In this document: positions 28,239 to 38,058 of the stretch, piece by piece | How the letters are laid out: every line of letters starts with the position of its first letter | How positions within the stretch are numbered: the first letter of the stretch is position 1 | IMG/VR virus record: IMGVR_UViG_3300021400_001148 | Coordinates: 128,001-192,000 of that record | Strand: one strand, 5' to 3' | DNA: 64,000 nt | From: a virus | Taxonomy: Duplodnaviria; Caudoviricetes | Notes under the pieces: generated by a model | What the model was told of the DNA's origin: nothing | The model's input: the letters and a program-made list of their open reading frames with translations, nothing else | The model's database searches: none | Position numbers and translations under genes: made by a program

Positions 28239-28467
28239 AACAAATATTACCAATTAATTTTTTAAGTCTTTCGTCGATTTCAACACCATCTTTCGGAACA
28301 ACTTTCACTGGGAATGATAATTCTTTTCCCGGCTTGGAAAAAGAGAATCCGCCACCCCAATCAAGGCGCTGCTGGTGATTATAGTCCCACAAAACGACCT
28401 CATAATTATCAAATTCCCGGTCTTGGAAATGAATAAGAATATCTCTCAAATCTCTTATTGTCATCAT
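28228..28467 (-). CDS. hypothetical protein
   Basis: Overlap-coupled within the operon. Confidence 0.7.
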   Translation of the reverse strand: MMTIRDLRDILIHFQDREFDNYEVVLWDYNHQQRLDWGGGFSFSKPGKELSFPVKVVPKDGVEIDERLKKLIGNICYGD

Positions 28468-29531
28468 TTTTGGAGGTGTTTAAGTATTTCAGCAACAACA
28501 TCAATTGTCCAGCAATTTCCGAGGAGTCTGTATATCTGGCGTTCGGAGACATCCCAAACATAGTTTTCGGGAAATGTCTGCAGTTTCGCGCACTCACCCG
28601 GCTTCAGTATACGAACTTCCACATGTTTAGGGTCATTGAACTCTATTGCTCCAGTGATGGTTTCTCGTATGAGTTTGCATCCGTTACTCGGTGCTTTATT
28701 TGCAAAAGTCTGTCTGACGGCACCAATCTTATTGACATTTTTGGGGAATTTGTGATTGTAGTCATCATAAGGCAACCAGTATCCCCGGGCAATTTCTTTT
28801 GGTACTGAGTCTACACTCATCTGGTCCAAAATTTTCTCAACACTTTCAGGGGGAAGGCAGTATTTGGCGTTGTCGGTTTCCCAGTCAAGGTAGTTGAAAA
28901 GGTCATACTTCCCAGTAAGGTCATCAACAAAATTAACATCATCAATAATGTTCGTCCAATAAAGTCTGCGTCTTGTTTGCCCTGAGATAACTTTACTATT
29001 AATATAAAGCGGTTTGACACCAAGCGAGTCACTTATAATGTTTTCCCATTTTTCATTCATACCAATGTTTTCCAAAAGGAATTTTACATTGGGATTAACA
29101 GTATTCACCTCATTTAATATTCTGATGAATTCCCAAATGAGGTACCCCTGTCCATCAAATTCAAAGCCGGTGTCCTTTAACTCGAGATACTGTTTTAGGC
29201 TTGTGACCTCAACGGGTTCAATTGGCAATTCAACATCTTTTCTGCCAGTAAAACAAAGCGACTGGCATAATACTCCACCGATGACAAGGCCTGCATCAGG
29301 GAACATCTTACCATCCACTTCGCGGGCATCGCCAATCTGCATAATTTCCGGAAAGTTTATATGCGTTTGATAAATGGCGTATTTGTCAGTTTCACTGGCG
29401 AAATAGCGTTTTGTTTTAATCCCACAACGGTCCAAAGCCAGTTTGGCCCCACCAATGCCATCAAAAAGACTCAGTACAGTAATCCCCGGATTTCGTTTAA
29501 AAATTTTTTTCAGTTTTGCAAAAAGGTTCAT
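28464..29531 (-). CDS. DNA (cytosine-5) methyltransferase
   Basis: Motif I SLFDGIGG, IV GGVLCQ (variant of PCQ), VI LLENI, VIII Q.RRR.YW, X LQTFP...LGN. Confidence 0.85.
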   Translation of the reverse strand: MNLFAKLKKIFKRNPGITVLSLFDGIGGAKLALDRCGIKTKRYFASETDKYAIYQTHINFPEIMQIGDAREVDGKMFPDAGLVIGGVLCQSLCFTGRKDVELPIEPVEVTSLKQYLELKDTGFEFDGQGYLIWEFIRILNEVNTVNPNVKFLLENIGMNEKWENIISDSLGVKPLYINSKVISGQTRRRLYWTNIIDDVNFVDDLTGKYDLFNYLDWETDNAKYCLPPESVEKILDQMSVDSVPKEIARGYWLPYDDYNHKFPKNVNKIGAVRQTFANKAPSNGCKLIRETITGAIEFNDPKHVEVRILKPGECAKLQTFPENYVWDVSERQIYRLLGNCWTIDVVAEILKHLQK

Positions 29532-29532
29532 A

Positions 29533-30798
29533 TTAAAGTTTTTTTAAAATTACAATATATTCGTTTGTTATAGTGCTTGATTTTTCGCCAGATTTATTCG
29601 TCGGCGAATTCTTTGATGGCATACGCTTGGTAGGAAACTCCCTGACGATGGTTTCAACGTGTTTGAATCCGTTCTGTTCAAAAATTTCCGCTGTAAAATA
29701 ATCAAGTGGTATTTGAACATTCTTCACTGTGCGGTTTCCCACAACATAACAAGCAACGCCACCCGGGCTGATAATTCTTGAAATGTTACAAATTGATTTG
29801 TAGTAATCATTCAGAAAAGACACAACCTCAAAATATCTTTTTTCATCGGTTTTTTTTATTTCCACTAACGCCGATTCCACTGACTCGGAAGTAAATAACT
29901 CCTTGGTTTGCTTTTTGCCACCCATAAGTTCTTTGTCAAGTGACTTATCACTCAGCCCGAACCATTCATTGGCCCACGAACTAAATTCACCGTAAGCCAC
30001 GGTAGTTCTACTATCTCCATATGGGGGAGAAGTAACAACCATATCATAAGGAACCTTTTCAAAAGCACTAATGAAATTATCTGACATTTCACAAGAATTC
30101 ACTTTCATCGTAATAGCCGCACCCATTGCCCCGGGAGTTGGTAAAGCGGCACGGTAAGATTCCAAGCCCTTGAGGTTCCTCTCAACCTTATTCACAAATG
30201 TTCCGAAAACATCCGGGCTAAATCGTGCAAGTTTTTCCTTGTCCATCCGGTAACGCTTGAATTCCCCGTTTCTCGTAAACGATGTCTCCCGCACGGTTTC
30301 GGCCAAAGGTATGTAAAAGAATTGCCTGCCTTCCCCATCATCAACAACAAGGTCGATACACCGTTGTATGAAATGAAGTTTTTTGAAGGTTTCTTCACTG
30401 AACCAGTATTCCCAGTTCTTAATCTTTTTGTATTGGTCTGGTGTCACTGCATCCGGAAAATACCTCGTTAGCCGGTCTTTAATGTCGATGAAGTACTTGC
30501 CAAGCGGTGCGTTGGTAAACGAACGGCACTTTGTCTTACTTATCATCAATGCAAGGGGGTTTAAGTCGTAACCACAGACATTGAGGCCGGCGAGTAAACC
30601 TTCGACCAGAGAGGTGCCGCTACCACAATACGGGTCTAAAAGCGATTCCGCCCCAGCTGGCTTATATTCTGTAATGAGTCTTCTTGCTATCTGGGGAATC
30701 ATCATCGCCGGGTAATTGTGATAACAGTGCGTATATTCTTTGGTATCAACCCCCTGAAAATCCCACGAGTGGTCAATCGTTCTTTTATACTCCTTCAT
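29533..30798 (-). CDS. DNA amino-methyltransferase (N4-C/N6-A), SAM motif before catalytic motif
   Basis: H.YPA.MIPQI, LDPYCGSGT, VTSPPY. Confidence 0.88.
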   Translation of the reverse strand: MKEYKRTIDHSWDFQGVDTKEYTHCYHNYPAMMIPQIARRLITEYKPAGAESLLDPYCGSGTSLVEGLLAGLNVCGYDLNPLALMISKTKCRSFTNAPLGKYFIDIKDRLTRYFPDAVTPDQYKKIKNWEYWFSEETFKKLHFIQRCIDLVVDDGEGRQFFYIPLAETVRETSFTRNGEFKRYRMDKEKLARFSPDVFGTFVNKVERNLKGLESYRAALPTPGAMGAAITMKVNSCEMSDNFISAFEKVPYDMVVTSPPYGDSRTTVAYGEFSSWANEWFGLSDKSLDKELMGGKKQTKELFTSESVESALVEIKKTDEKRYFEVVSFLNDYYKSICNISRIISPGGVACYVVGNRTVKNVQIPLDYFTAEIFEQNGFKHVETIVREFPTKRMPSKNSPTNKSGEKSSTITNEYIVILKKL

Positions 30799-31603
30799 CG
30801 TTCTCAATCGGTTGTTGGTTCAACATGTTTTCGGCCAGTGCAATTCTTCGTTTAGAGATGTCGAAGTATTTCTCTACCTTTTCTATACCAATAAAGTTTC
30901 TTTTTGTCAATACCGCCATTTTACCAGTAGTACAACTTCCCATAAAAGGGTCGAGGACAGTATCCCCCTCATTACTCCACGATATGATGTGGTCTTTCGC
31001 AAGGTCTTCTGGAAATATTGCCGGATGCTCGAAGGCTATTTTATCTTTGGCAGAATTGCCCCCACCGATAGAATAATTCCAAATATTAAACCTTTTTCCA
31101 TAAGGCTCTCTGACCGAAGACTTTCCGATATTGCGAACCCCGTCCCTGTTCCTTCCGCTGGCACCTCTCTCGCATACATAAAGATTTTTACGGTCTTTAA
31201 TGAAATTGAGCGTCTTGGGTTTCCCTTTTGAAAAGACAAACATATATTCGAAAACCTGGTGATAGCAAGTTTTGGATGGAAAAGCAAAAGACCCTTTATT
31301 CCAAATCATCGTATCATGGAGATTGAAGCCAATCTCCTTGAAATACAACGCCTGCTTGAATGAACTTCCTGTTTCACTTCCCTTGATTACGGCGTCACCT
31401 ATCACCCACACAACAACACCACCTGGTTTCGTCACTCTGTAAAGTTCATTCGCAACCTGTTTAAAGATATCAAAGTTCCAAACAAGTTCTCCTTCATATG
31501 ACCTTAAATCATCATATGGAGGTGACGTCACGGTAAGGTCTATACTACAGCCCTCAAGTTCTTTAAGTTTTTCAACACAGTCACCAAGAATTAGTTTTAC
31601 CAT
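30785..31603 (-). CDS. DNA amino-methyltransferase (N4-C/N6-A), beta class
   Basis: VTSPPY...HPAIFP...VLDPFMGS.TT. Confidence 0.92.
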   Translation of the reverse strand: MVKLILGDCVEKLKELEGCSIDLTVTSPPYDDLRSYEGELVWNFDIFKQVANELYRVTKPGGVVVWVIGDAVIKGSETGSSFKQALYFKEIGFNLHDTMIWNKGSFAFPSKTCYHQVFEYMFVFSKGKPKTLNFIKDRKNLYVCERGASGRNRDGVRNIGKSSVREPYGKRFNIWNYSIGGGNSAKDKIAFEHPAIFPEDLAKDHIISWSNEGDTVLDPFMGSCTTGKMAVLTKRNFIGIEKVEKYFDISKRRIALAENMLNQQPIENDEGV

Positions 31604-31866
31604 ACCAAATCTTCCATTTCCTCAATTATATCAATCGCCTCATCCAAGCCCTCCATTTCACCCTGTTCATAGTCGTTTGCAACTTCTTCGGGCTCTGCTT
31701 CTGCCCTCACAATTACATTATGATTCTGGAGGATTTGGTCCTCAATAGCATGTTTTCTCAACTCAAAAGCGGCACGAACTTTATGTAATTCATGTACCTC
31801 GGCTGTTTTATATGCAAAAACACACGCAACAACACACACAACGATAAAGGTAATCAGTATCCACAT
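31597..31866 (-). CDS. membrane-anchored hypothetical protein
   Basis: Hydrophobic N-terminus MWILITFIVVCVVACVFAY; promoter at 31883. Confidence 0.7.
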   Translation of the reverse strand: MWILITFIVVCVVACVFAYKTAEVHELHKVRAAFELRKHAIEDQILQNHNVIVRAEAEPEEVANDYEQGEMEGLDEAIDIIEEMEDLVW

Positions 31867-31922
31867 AGTATTTTTCTTTTTGCAAATATACAAAAAAAAC
31901 TATTTATTAGAAAGTTGTTTTT

Positions 31923-32591
31923 ATGATTATAGGTGTTGATTTCGATGGAACAGTTGTTACTCATGAATACCCTTATATAGGTGAAGATATAGGTGCTGTG
32001 CCTGTTTTGAAGAGACTGGTTGAGGCTGGACACAAGTTAATTCTTTTTACAATGCGAAGTTCTAAAAATGGAACCCTGCAAGACGCTGTCAATTGGTTTA
32101 AAGAGAACAACATTCCATTATATGGTGTAAACACTAATCCAACACAAAGTGAGTGGACTGATTCACCAAAAGCACATTGCAATGTATACATTGACGATGC
32201 TGGTTTTGGTATGCCGGTGAAATTCGATTCTGAAAGTAGAAGAAGATATGTCGACTGGGAAAAATTGGAAAGTATGCTAGAAGAAGAAGGAATATTAGAA
32301 TCAGAAAATAATGATAATATGAGAAAAGTGCAAATAACGGAATCAGTTCTTCGGTCGATAATCGAAGAAAGTGTAAAGAGGATACTTGAATCCACCGATG
32401 AGAAAGCAGTCTCTAAGGCACAGCAAAGATTTTTCGGTATGGTCCACGCATATCAAAATGGAGATATGCCCAATGCCAGCAAGTCAATAAAAGACGCTGC
32501 TGACAGTATGACAGATGATGAAGTGGAGGATTTTGCATCTACAAAACACAAAGGCCTCCCGAATCATGTGAAAAAGAGTAAGAAAAAATAA
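31923..32591 (+). CDS. HAD-superfamily hydrolase fused to a DUF3008-like tail
   Basis: IGVDFDGT...ILFTMR...YIDD; then ITESVLRSIIEESV; then SKAQQRFFG...DFASTKHKGLP. Confidence 0.75.
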   Translation: MIIGVDFDGTVVTHEYPYIGEDIGAVPVLKRLVEAGHKLILFTMRSSKNGTLQDAVNWFKENNIPLYGVNTNPTQSEWTDSPKAHCNVYIDDAGFGMPVKFDSESRRRYVDWEKLESMLEEEGILESENNDNMRKVQITESVLRSIIEESVKRILESTDEKAVSKAQQRFFGMVHAYQNGDMPNASKSIKDAADSMTDDEVEDFASTKHKGLPNHVKKSKKK

Positions 32592-32601
32592 GTACCTAAT
32601 T

Positions 32602-32634
32602 AAAAAAACCCACGGCCCAGACCGCGGGTTTTTC
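32602..32634. terminator. Bidirectional terminator between convergent genes
   Basis: AAAAAACCCACGG...CCGCGGGTTTTT. Confidence 0.7.
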
Positions 32635-32847
32635 TTAAACTTTGTTGTATACTTGCTGGCGTGGCCTCAGGATATCAAACCCAAATCGTTCTTCTTTAGC
32701 AATCAATCTTCCAAAAACGCCCTGGTAGTAATCATCAACCATTCCTTCATTGTAATAAATCACACCGTTTACAACTGAAAGGTCCGTACCAGCCGGCACT
32801 GTATTTTCCCCAATTTTATAGGGTTTAAAAAAGTAATACCTCTTCAT
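32635..32847 (-). CDS. hypothetical protein
   Basis: ORF in minus-strand operon. Confidence 0.7.
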   Translation of the reverse strand: MKRYYFFKPYKIGENTVPAGTDLSVVNGVIYYNEGMVDDYYQGVFGRLIAKEERFGFDILRPRQQVYNKV

Positions 32848-32876
32848 GCTTTTTCTTTTAATGTAGTTATTTCTCG

Positions 32877-33770
32877 TTAAAAATCAATATTTGAGATGCC
32901 GGCGTCAACCTCTATCTCGTGTATAACTCGCTCCATTATTAGTTCCTTTAATTTTACAACTTCATATTCACCAGATTCCTTAATCCATATAAGCCGTTTT
33001 CCGAAAACCTTCACACCTTTATCGCGTAAAGCCTTTTCGTACAAAGTTTGCTGAACCTCGTAGTGATTTTTGGGGTTATCAAGTAAATATTCGAGCCCCC
33101 TTATCATTTTTTTATTATTGAAGTTCTTATATAGGTCAGCATTGGTTTTCCAGTCGAACATTACCGTTCCTCGCTTTCCGTTTATTTCTGTATAAAAAAG
33201 AAGGTCAAATGTGCCGGCATAAAGTATGGTTCCATCTTTCGCTTCTGTATATACCTGTGTCTCGGCAAGTATTGGCACATATGAATCCGGTACGGCAAGC
33301 CAGAACTTTACTATTGCATCTTCGAAACCACCGTTCGAATAAAACCTCCCATCAGGGAGAAGCCGGTCTCTATATTCCGGCAGAATGCCATCATAATCCC
33401 CCACCATATAATGCATACAACTTTCCCCAAAGGCGTGGGCTATTGTGCCCCTGTCGGTTGCCGCTTTAGCATTGTCGGCCCATGACTTTTTAATTTGAGC
33501 AGCGGTCATATGATAGTACTCAGAAGATTCATCATTAAAGTGTTTTTCTGCACAAAATTTTGATATTCGTTCTGAATCGAACGGAACTACAAATTTTTCC
33601 ACCATTGATGAAACAGATGGGATATTTTGACCATTCAGTGTATAAGTGTGAGGCCCCTCATCAAAGACAAGCCCCTTGAAGGCGTCTTTAATGAGGGTTC
33701 TCTGTACTACGCAGGCAGGACTATTATACTTCTCCCGCCACGGTCTCTCTGTGTTGTCCAGATAAAGCAC
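32877..33770 (-). CDS. PD-(D/E)XK exonuclease (Cas4/RecB-like)
   Basis: PSVS, RGTIAH, E..V, AGTFDLL, DWKT, Y.VQ..LY motifs. Confidence 0.8.
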   Translation of the reverse strand: MLYLDNTERPWREKYNSPACVVQRTLIKDAFKGLVFDEGPHTYTLNGQNIPSVSSMVEKFVVPFDSERISKFCAEKHFNDESSEYYHMTAAQIKKSWADNAKAATDRGTIAHAFGESCMHYMVGDYDGILPEYRDRLLPDGRFYSNGGFEDAIVKFWLAVPDSYVPILAETQVYTEAKDGTILYAGTFDLLFYTEINGKRGTVMFDWKTNADLYKNFNNKKMIRGLEYLLDNPKNHYEVQQTLYEKALRDKGVKVFGKRLIWIKESGEYEVVKLKELIMERVIHEIEVDAGISNIDF

Positions 33771-34140
33771 TTTTCTCTTTCCTAATATTGTCTATTTTTT
33801 CTTTAAGGAGCCTTTGCTCGAGTTTTTCGATAATGATATCACCATGGCAAGGCTCAGGTTTGCAGTAGCATTCTAAATAAATATCCTCACCGTTTTTGTA
33901 TTTTTCATAAAGAATATCTACCGCCCGTTTAAACTTAACATTGGATTTATACATCAAGTCAAAGTAATGGGAATAATTTTTTATTGCTTCTTCTCTTGTT
34001 TTGACTTGATATATGGCTTTGGTCTTTTCGAGTTTCAAGTGTGTGTATGGATTACCCAAAACACTGCCCCGGTAAATTGGTATATTATTCTTCTCTGCTT
34101 GGTGGTTCTCTAATTTTCTATTATATACTACTATTCCCAT
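33724..34140 (-). CDS. DUF4326-like protein
   Basis: RGSVLGNPY...REEAI..Y...L.CYCKPEPCHGDII. Confidence 0.8.
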   Translation of the reverse strand: MGIVVYNRKLENHQAEKNNIPIYRGSVLGNPYTHLKLEKTKAIYQVKTREEAIKNYSHYFDLMYKSNVKFKRAVDILYEKYKNGEDIYLECYCKPEPCHGDIIIEKLEQRLLKEKIDNIRKEKSALSGQHRETVAGEV

Positions 34141-34594
34141 GTTTTCTTTTTCTCCTCAGTTCAGTAGCGTTACCGTTATAAACAACCTCGTATTCATCAA
34201 GAGTATTTTCCAGAAAATCTCTAACAATAATAACTGATTTGTCGCCTTTAGGGTCACCCAAATCCACATTTATCTTGTATTCTGGCTCTAAAACCCAGAG
34301 ATTTTCATCAAGAAATGACCAGCCGCCTTTATCACCAAGATTAGTATCAATAGTACCTTCGGTTCCTTTCTTGATATGCCCAATCATTAGTTGTCTCGGA
34401 TTGTCTTCTGAAATTGTTACTTCAATTTCATATTTCTCTCCGCCAGACCCATTAAGAAATGCCCGTTTGTTAAGTGGAGTGACTGGATGGCCAAAATCCT
34501 CTTGGAAATAGACTGATGCAATTATTTCATCAGCGGTAATGCCGGTAATAATAACTTCTTGTAGCCAATACCAAAATCTAAGTCTGTATGTCAT
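34121..34594 (-). CDS. hypothetical protein
   Basis: ORF in operon. Confidence 0.7.
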   Translation of the reverse strand: MTYRLRFWYWLQEVIITGITADEIIASVYFQEDFGHPVTPLNKRAFLNGSGGEKYEIEVTISEDNPRQLMIGHIKKGTEGTIDTNLGDKGGWSFLDENLWVLEPEYKINVDLGDPKGDKSVIIVRDFLENTLDEYEVVYNGNATELRRKRKHGNSSI

Positions 34595-34600
34595 AATGTT

Positions 34601-35359
34601 TTAGTTTGTTCTATCATACCTATGTTCTTCAACTTCAATAACCAGTGGCTCGTACACCATTTGATACCCCTCGTTTTTTACGGACAGACAAGCAATGGCC
34701 GTACCATCTTTTTCCTCTAATGTGTGACTGCTACTATGTATATGACCATGAAAGGCATAACGCGGTTTTTTGGATACAATAGCAGAAGCCAGTGGTTTGT
34801 TGCCTGCATCCTTACCCTTGTACCGGCCTTCGCTGATTAGGCCATAAGGAGGGATTGCGGGGGCGTCGTGCGTAAGAAGAATATCCACATCACCCGGTAT
34901 ATTATCAAATGCCACGGTTAATTTTTCATCATCAATCATAAAAGCCCAACCACCAAAGATTTTACACCAAGGGGTACCATAAATTTTCAACCATTCATCA
35001 CACTTTTCAAAACGATATTCTTGGTCGAAAAGATATACAAGTCTACCCTTACAAGGTTTAATTACATCCGGCCATATGGCGCTATATCCACCAGTGTTGT
35101 ACGGCTGTGACTCCTGCTCCAACCAAAAATCATGATTTCCGGCGATAAAAATCACTTTACTGTACTCGTCGGCAAACGGAAGCCCCATTACCCACGGTAC
35201 GAAAACATCCATAAACCATTTATGTTGACCTTCAGCATCAAGAAACCTATCCCAAGAAAAGTTAGGTGCGACATCCCCACCAATCAGTAGGATATCAAAT
35301 GTTTCTTCTATTTTTGGGAGGTCACCATGTGTGTCGCTTATTCCAATTACTTTAAGCAT
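34601..35359 (-). CDS. calcineurin-like metallophosphoesterase
   Basis: SDTHG, GGD, AGNHD, LLTH, HGHIH. Confidence 0.92.
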   Translation of the reverse strand: MLKVIGISDTHGDLPKIEETFDILLIGGDVAPNFSWDRFLDAEGQHKWFMDVFVPWVMGLPFADEYSKVIFIAGNHDFWLEQESQPYNTGGYSAIWPDVIKPCKGRLVYLFDQEYRFEKCDEWLKIYGTPWCKIFGGWAFMIDDEKLTVAFDNIPGDVDILLTHDAPAIPPYGLISEGRYKGKDAGNKPLASAIVSKKPRYAFHGHIHSSSHTLEEKDGTAIACLSVKNEGYQMVYEPLVIEVEEHRYDRTN

Positions 35360-37017
35360 TCTAATTTCTTTGATTTTGCCAGATTATTTTCAAAAGTGCT
35401 GATAGTCCTATTTCTATCACGAGTGTACTGGACCCCCCATTTTTTTTCCTTGTTTATCTTACTCAGGCGGTCATTATATTCTTTATATCGTCCCAAAACA
35501 TATTCAAGTGAAAGGAATTTATAGTGCAAAAGGAATACACTATTTCCAGTATACCATTGTATGCTCCCAATCGGGGAACAATTGTGCGCCCCGGCAGAAT
35601 ATTTTATATCCTTAATGGCGTTTGGGTTGAATATCGTGACTTTTCGGAAAGTTTTATCCGGAAAACCGTTCGGTATCTGTTCCCACATAAGGCCCTTACC
35701 TTCTATTGGGAACGCTTCCGAAACCATGTTATAACCGAACGGCTTACAGATGGTTTCACCGCGGGCTTTCATTTTTTCAAGTTCATTTCTAATACCATTG
35801 GGTGAATACATGAATTCATCCAAATCGCACACCACAACAAAATCAGCCTTTCCCCTTGATGCTTTCCAAACCTCATTTTTCAGTCTTCGGTGGATATCGT
35901 CATTGAACCCATCACTGGAAAACTCCACTATATGAACATTGGGGATTTTTGAGAGGTATTCTTTTGAGCCGTCTGTTGAATTATTGTCGAGAACAAAAAC
36001 TTCATCTGCAATGGTTTTCCAATACTCAACGGCAAACGGTAAAATTTTTATCTCATTGTAACACAATGTATACAAATGGACCGTAAGATTTTTCCCTTTA
36101 TTACTCGGTTTTTCATACAATGACGGTACGGGAAATAAACTATCCAATGCGTGGTTCACTTCCACCTTTGTTTTCTCAAAGTCAGTAACCCCGGAGTCAT
36201 TTATGCAAAGTAGTTTACTTCTGTTTTGTTTAATCCTTTCGACAGCCGCACGCGTAATTCCGTGTTCAAAACTGATATATACAGAAGTTGTTTTTGGGTT
36301 TTTCACACTCTTTTTCTTGATTAGGTCATAGAATGAAAAAAGGTATTGATTGTAGCATTCTCTCGTCCTGAACCTTCCTATCTTGCGTTTAATTTCTTCG
36401 CCGCATTTTTCCCAAACCTCAATGTAACTGCTTCTCGTAAGAGGGTTCACCATGTGTTTTGGCATAATGCGACTGAAATTGATATGTGAACCACTGGCTT
36501 TTTTTGCTAAAAGAAATGAATTCTGAAGTTGAGCCTCATATTCTGAATTTCTTACATCGTATTGGGTGTTGGTTAACGAGTAGTTCAAAACAGGGCGGCC
36601 ATCAACGAAAAAGTCTGTTTCTTCACACTTACTAGAAACAAATGTATCATCATTAGCATAAATAAACCGTTCAGATATCCCCGGAATAAAACCCAAAAAC
36701 ATCTCGATGGTGGTTGAACAGAATGTGGGGAGGTATTCTTCCGGTATAAAATCTTTGTGTAAAACCACTTTTACCTTGTTTCGATTCACCCATTCCGGTA
36801 CTTGTGATTCACTGGATACAACCAAAAACACATTACCAATGAACGGGAGGTTGTCCTGAACCCCCCGAAGATTGTATTTGAGATTGTCCCATGACCTGAA
36901 ACGCTCTTCTAATTTTGAAAAATCCACAACTGAGTTGGTAGAATATTTTTCAAAAGTTTCCAACCATTCAGGGTCAGAGGAATCAACATATGTCACAACA
37001 TAGTCGATTTTTTCCAT
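35347..37017 (-). CDS. Stealth-family hexose-1-phosphoryl transferase fused to a GT-A glycosyltransferase
   Basis: IDYVVTYVDSSDPEW (CR1); LPTFCSTTIE...IPGISERFIYANDD (CR2); CIND (CR4); C-terminal YNE..DNNSTDGS..CDLDEF. Confidence 0.85.
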   Translation of the reverse strand: MEKIDYVVTYVDSSDPEWLETFEKYSTNSVVDFSKLEERFRSWDNLKYNLRGVQDNLPFIGNVFLVVSSESQVPEWVNRNKVKVVLHKDFIPEEYLPTFCSTTIEMFLGFIPGISERFIYANDDTFVSSKCEETDFFVDGRPVLNYSLTNTQYDVRNSEYEAQLQNSFLLAKKASGSHINFSRIMPKHMVNPLTRSSYIEVWEKCGEEIKRKIGRFRTRECYNQYLFSFYDLIKKKSVKNPKTTSVYISFEHGITRAAVERIKQNRSKLLCINDSGVTDFEKTKVEVNHALDSLFPVPSLYEKPSNKGKNLTVHLYTLCYNEIKILPFAVEYWKTIADEVFVLDNNSTDGSKEYLSKIPNVHIVEFSSDGFNDDIHRRLKNEVWKASRGKADFVVVCDLDEFMYSPNGIRNELEKMKARGETICKPFGYNMVSEAFPIEGKGLMWEQIPNGFPDKTFRKVTIFNPNAIKDIKYSAGAHNCSPIGSIQWYTGNSVFLLHYKFLSLEYVLGRYKEYNDRLSKINKEKKWGVQYTRDRNRTISTFENNLAKSKKLECLK

Positions 37018-37020
37018 AAC

Positions 37021-37425
37021 TTATTTCGAGCATGTTATATACCACGGGCATAGCGGATTCCAAGGGGTCCAAGGGGTGACACCTGGCACATTTGTCGGGG
37101 GATAAGGTGAAGTTGTGTCTGGCCGCTGTGAACTTTCCAGTATAGACAGTCTGAGTGAGAGGGTAGCAATTTGTTGACTAAGTTCCTCAATTTTCTTCAT
37201 TACCCGCTCTTCCGGGTCTTGCGGAGCATTAGCCGGTTCGGGATTAAGATATGGTTTGAGTGCTTCAAAAAACTCATCAAATCTGCTTGGTGTTGGCGAG
37301 GCAACATCTGTTTTTGTCAGTTCCCTCCCATCGGAAAGTTTGAGTGTTAGTGTACAGTTAAAGGTCCCTAATTGAATGTTGGGTATTACTTTGTACTCAG
37401 AATCAATAATGCGTATTTCTTCCAT
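37021..37425 (-). CDS. hypothetical protein
   Basis: Start corrected to MEEIRII after promoter 37444. Confidence 0.7.
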   Translation of the reverse strand: MEEIRIIDSEYKVIPNIQLGTFNCTLTLKLSDGRELTKTDVASPTPSRFDEFFEALKPYLNPEPANAPQDPEERVMKKIEELSQQIATLSLRLSILESSQRPDTTSPYPPTNVPGVTPWTPWNPLCPWYITCSK

Positions 37426-37473
37426 GTTGTTACTTGTTTTTTGCAAATATACAAAAAATAGCGGAGATATCCG

Positions 37474-37917
37474 CTATTGTAAAAGGTTTTTTACGATTTT
37501 TGAAATTACTTGTCCTGAGGCAGTGCCGGCCATTTGTTTATTGGCAAGTCCCATGACCTTTCCCATATCCCTAATAGAGGTTGCACCAACATCAGAAATG
37601 ATTTTCTTGATACTTTTTGTAATTTCTTCTTCAGAAAGTTGTTTCGGGAGATATTCTTCGAGGTACCTGTTTTCAGATAATTCTTTCTCAGCCAAATCCG
37701 GGCGGTTTGCGTTTTGATATATTTCGGCCGACTCGCGATGCTGTTTAACCAGTTTCTGGATGAGTTTCAGAACAACATCATCAGTTGCATCCTTGTTTGC
37801 CCCGGAGGTCTTGTAAACTTGTATCTCGTTTTTAATGGCTTTCACAGCAGACAGCCTGTCAGTATTTCGCTCTTTTGTAGCGGCAATAATGTCCTGTTGA
37901 ATTTTCTCTTCTAGCAT
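37474..37917 (-). CDS. GatB/YqeY domain protein
   Basis: KQHRESAEIY....RPDLAEKEL.E...LEEYLPKQLS...DMGKVMG. Confidence 0.92.
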   Translation of the reverse strand: MLEEKIQQDIIAATKERNTDRLSAVKAIKNEIQVYKTSGANKDATDDVVLKLIQKLVKQHRESAEIYQNANRPDLAEKELSENRYLEEYLPKQLSEEEITKSIKKIISDVGATSIRDMGKVMGLANKQMAGTASGQVISKIVKNLLQ

Positions 37918-37938
37918 ACAAATGAATCTTTTTAACTG

Positions 37939-38058
37939 AGCCAGAGGGAGGATTCGAACCTCCAACCTACGGTTTGTTCAATAATTTTAAAAATTGCTGT
38001 TAGCCTCCGTATTTACCAAAGGCATTTATCCGCCGCTCTACCGTTGAGCTACTCTGGC
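37939..38058 (-). tRNA. tRNA-like gene with a ~57-nt insertion replacing the anticodon loop (intron-containing, pseudo- or mimic tRNA)
   Basis: Acceptor GCCAGAG/CTCTGGC; D arm GCTC-AACGGTA-GAGC; T arm GGAGG-TTCGAAT-CCTCC; no encoded CCA; -7 promoter at 38067-38074. Confidence 0.8.

Noticed and set aside
32877-33770. Cas4 as evidence of a CRISPR system
   Set aside because: No Fe-S cysteine pattern seen and no array; standalone PD-(D/E)XK exonucleases are common in phages.
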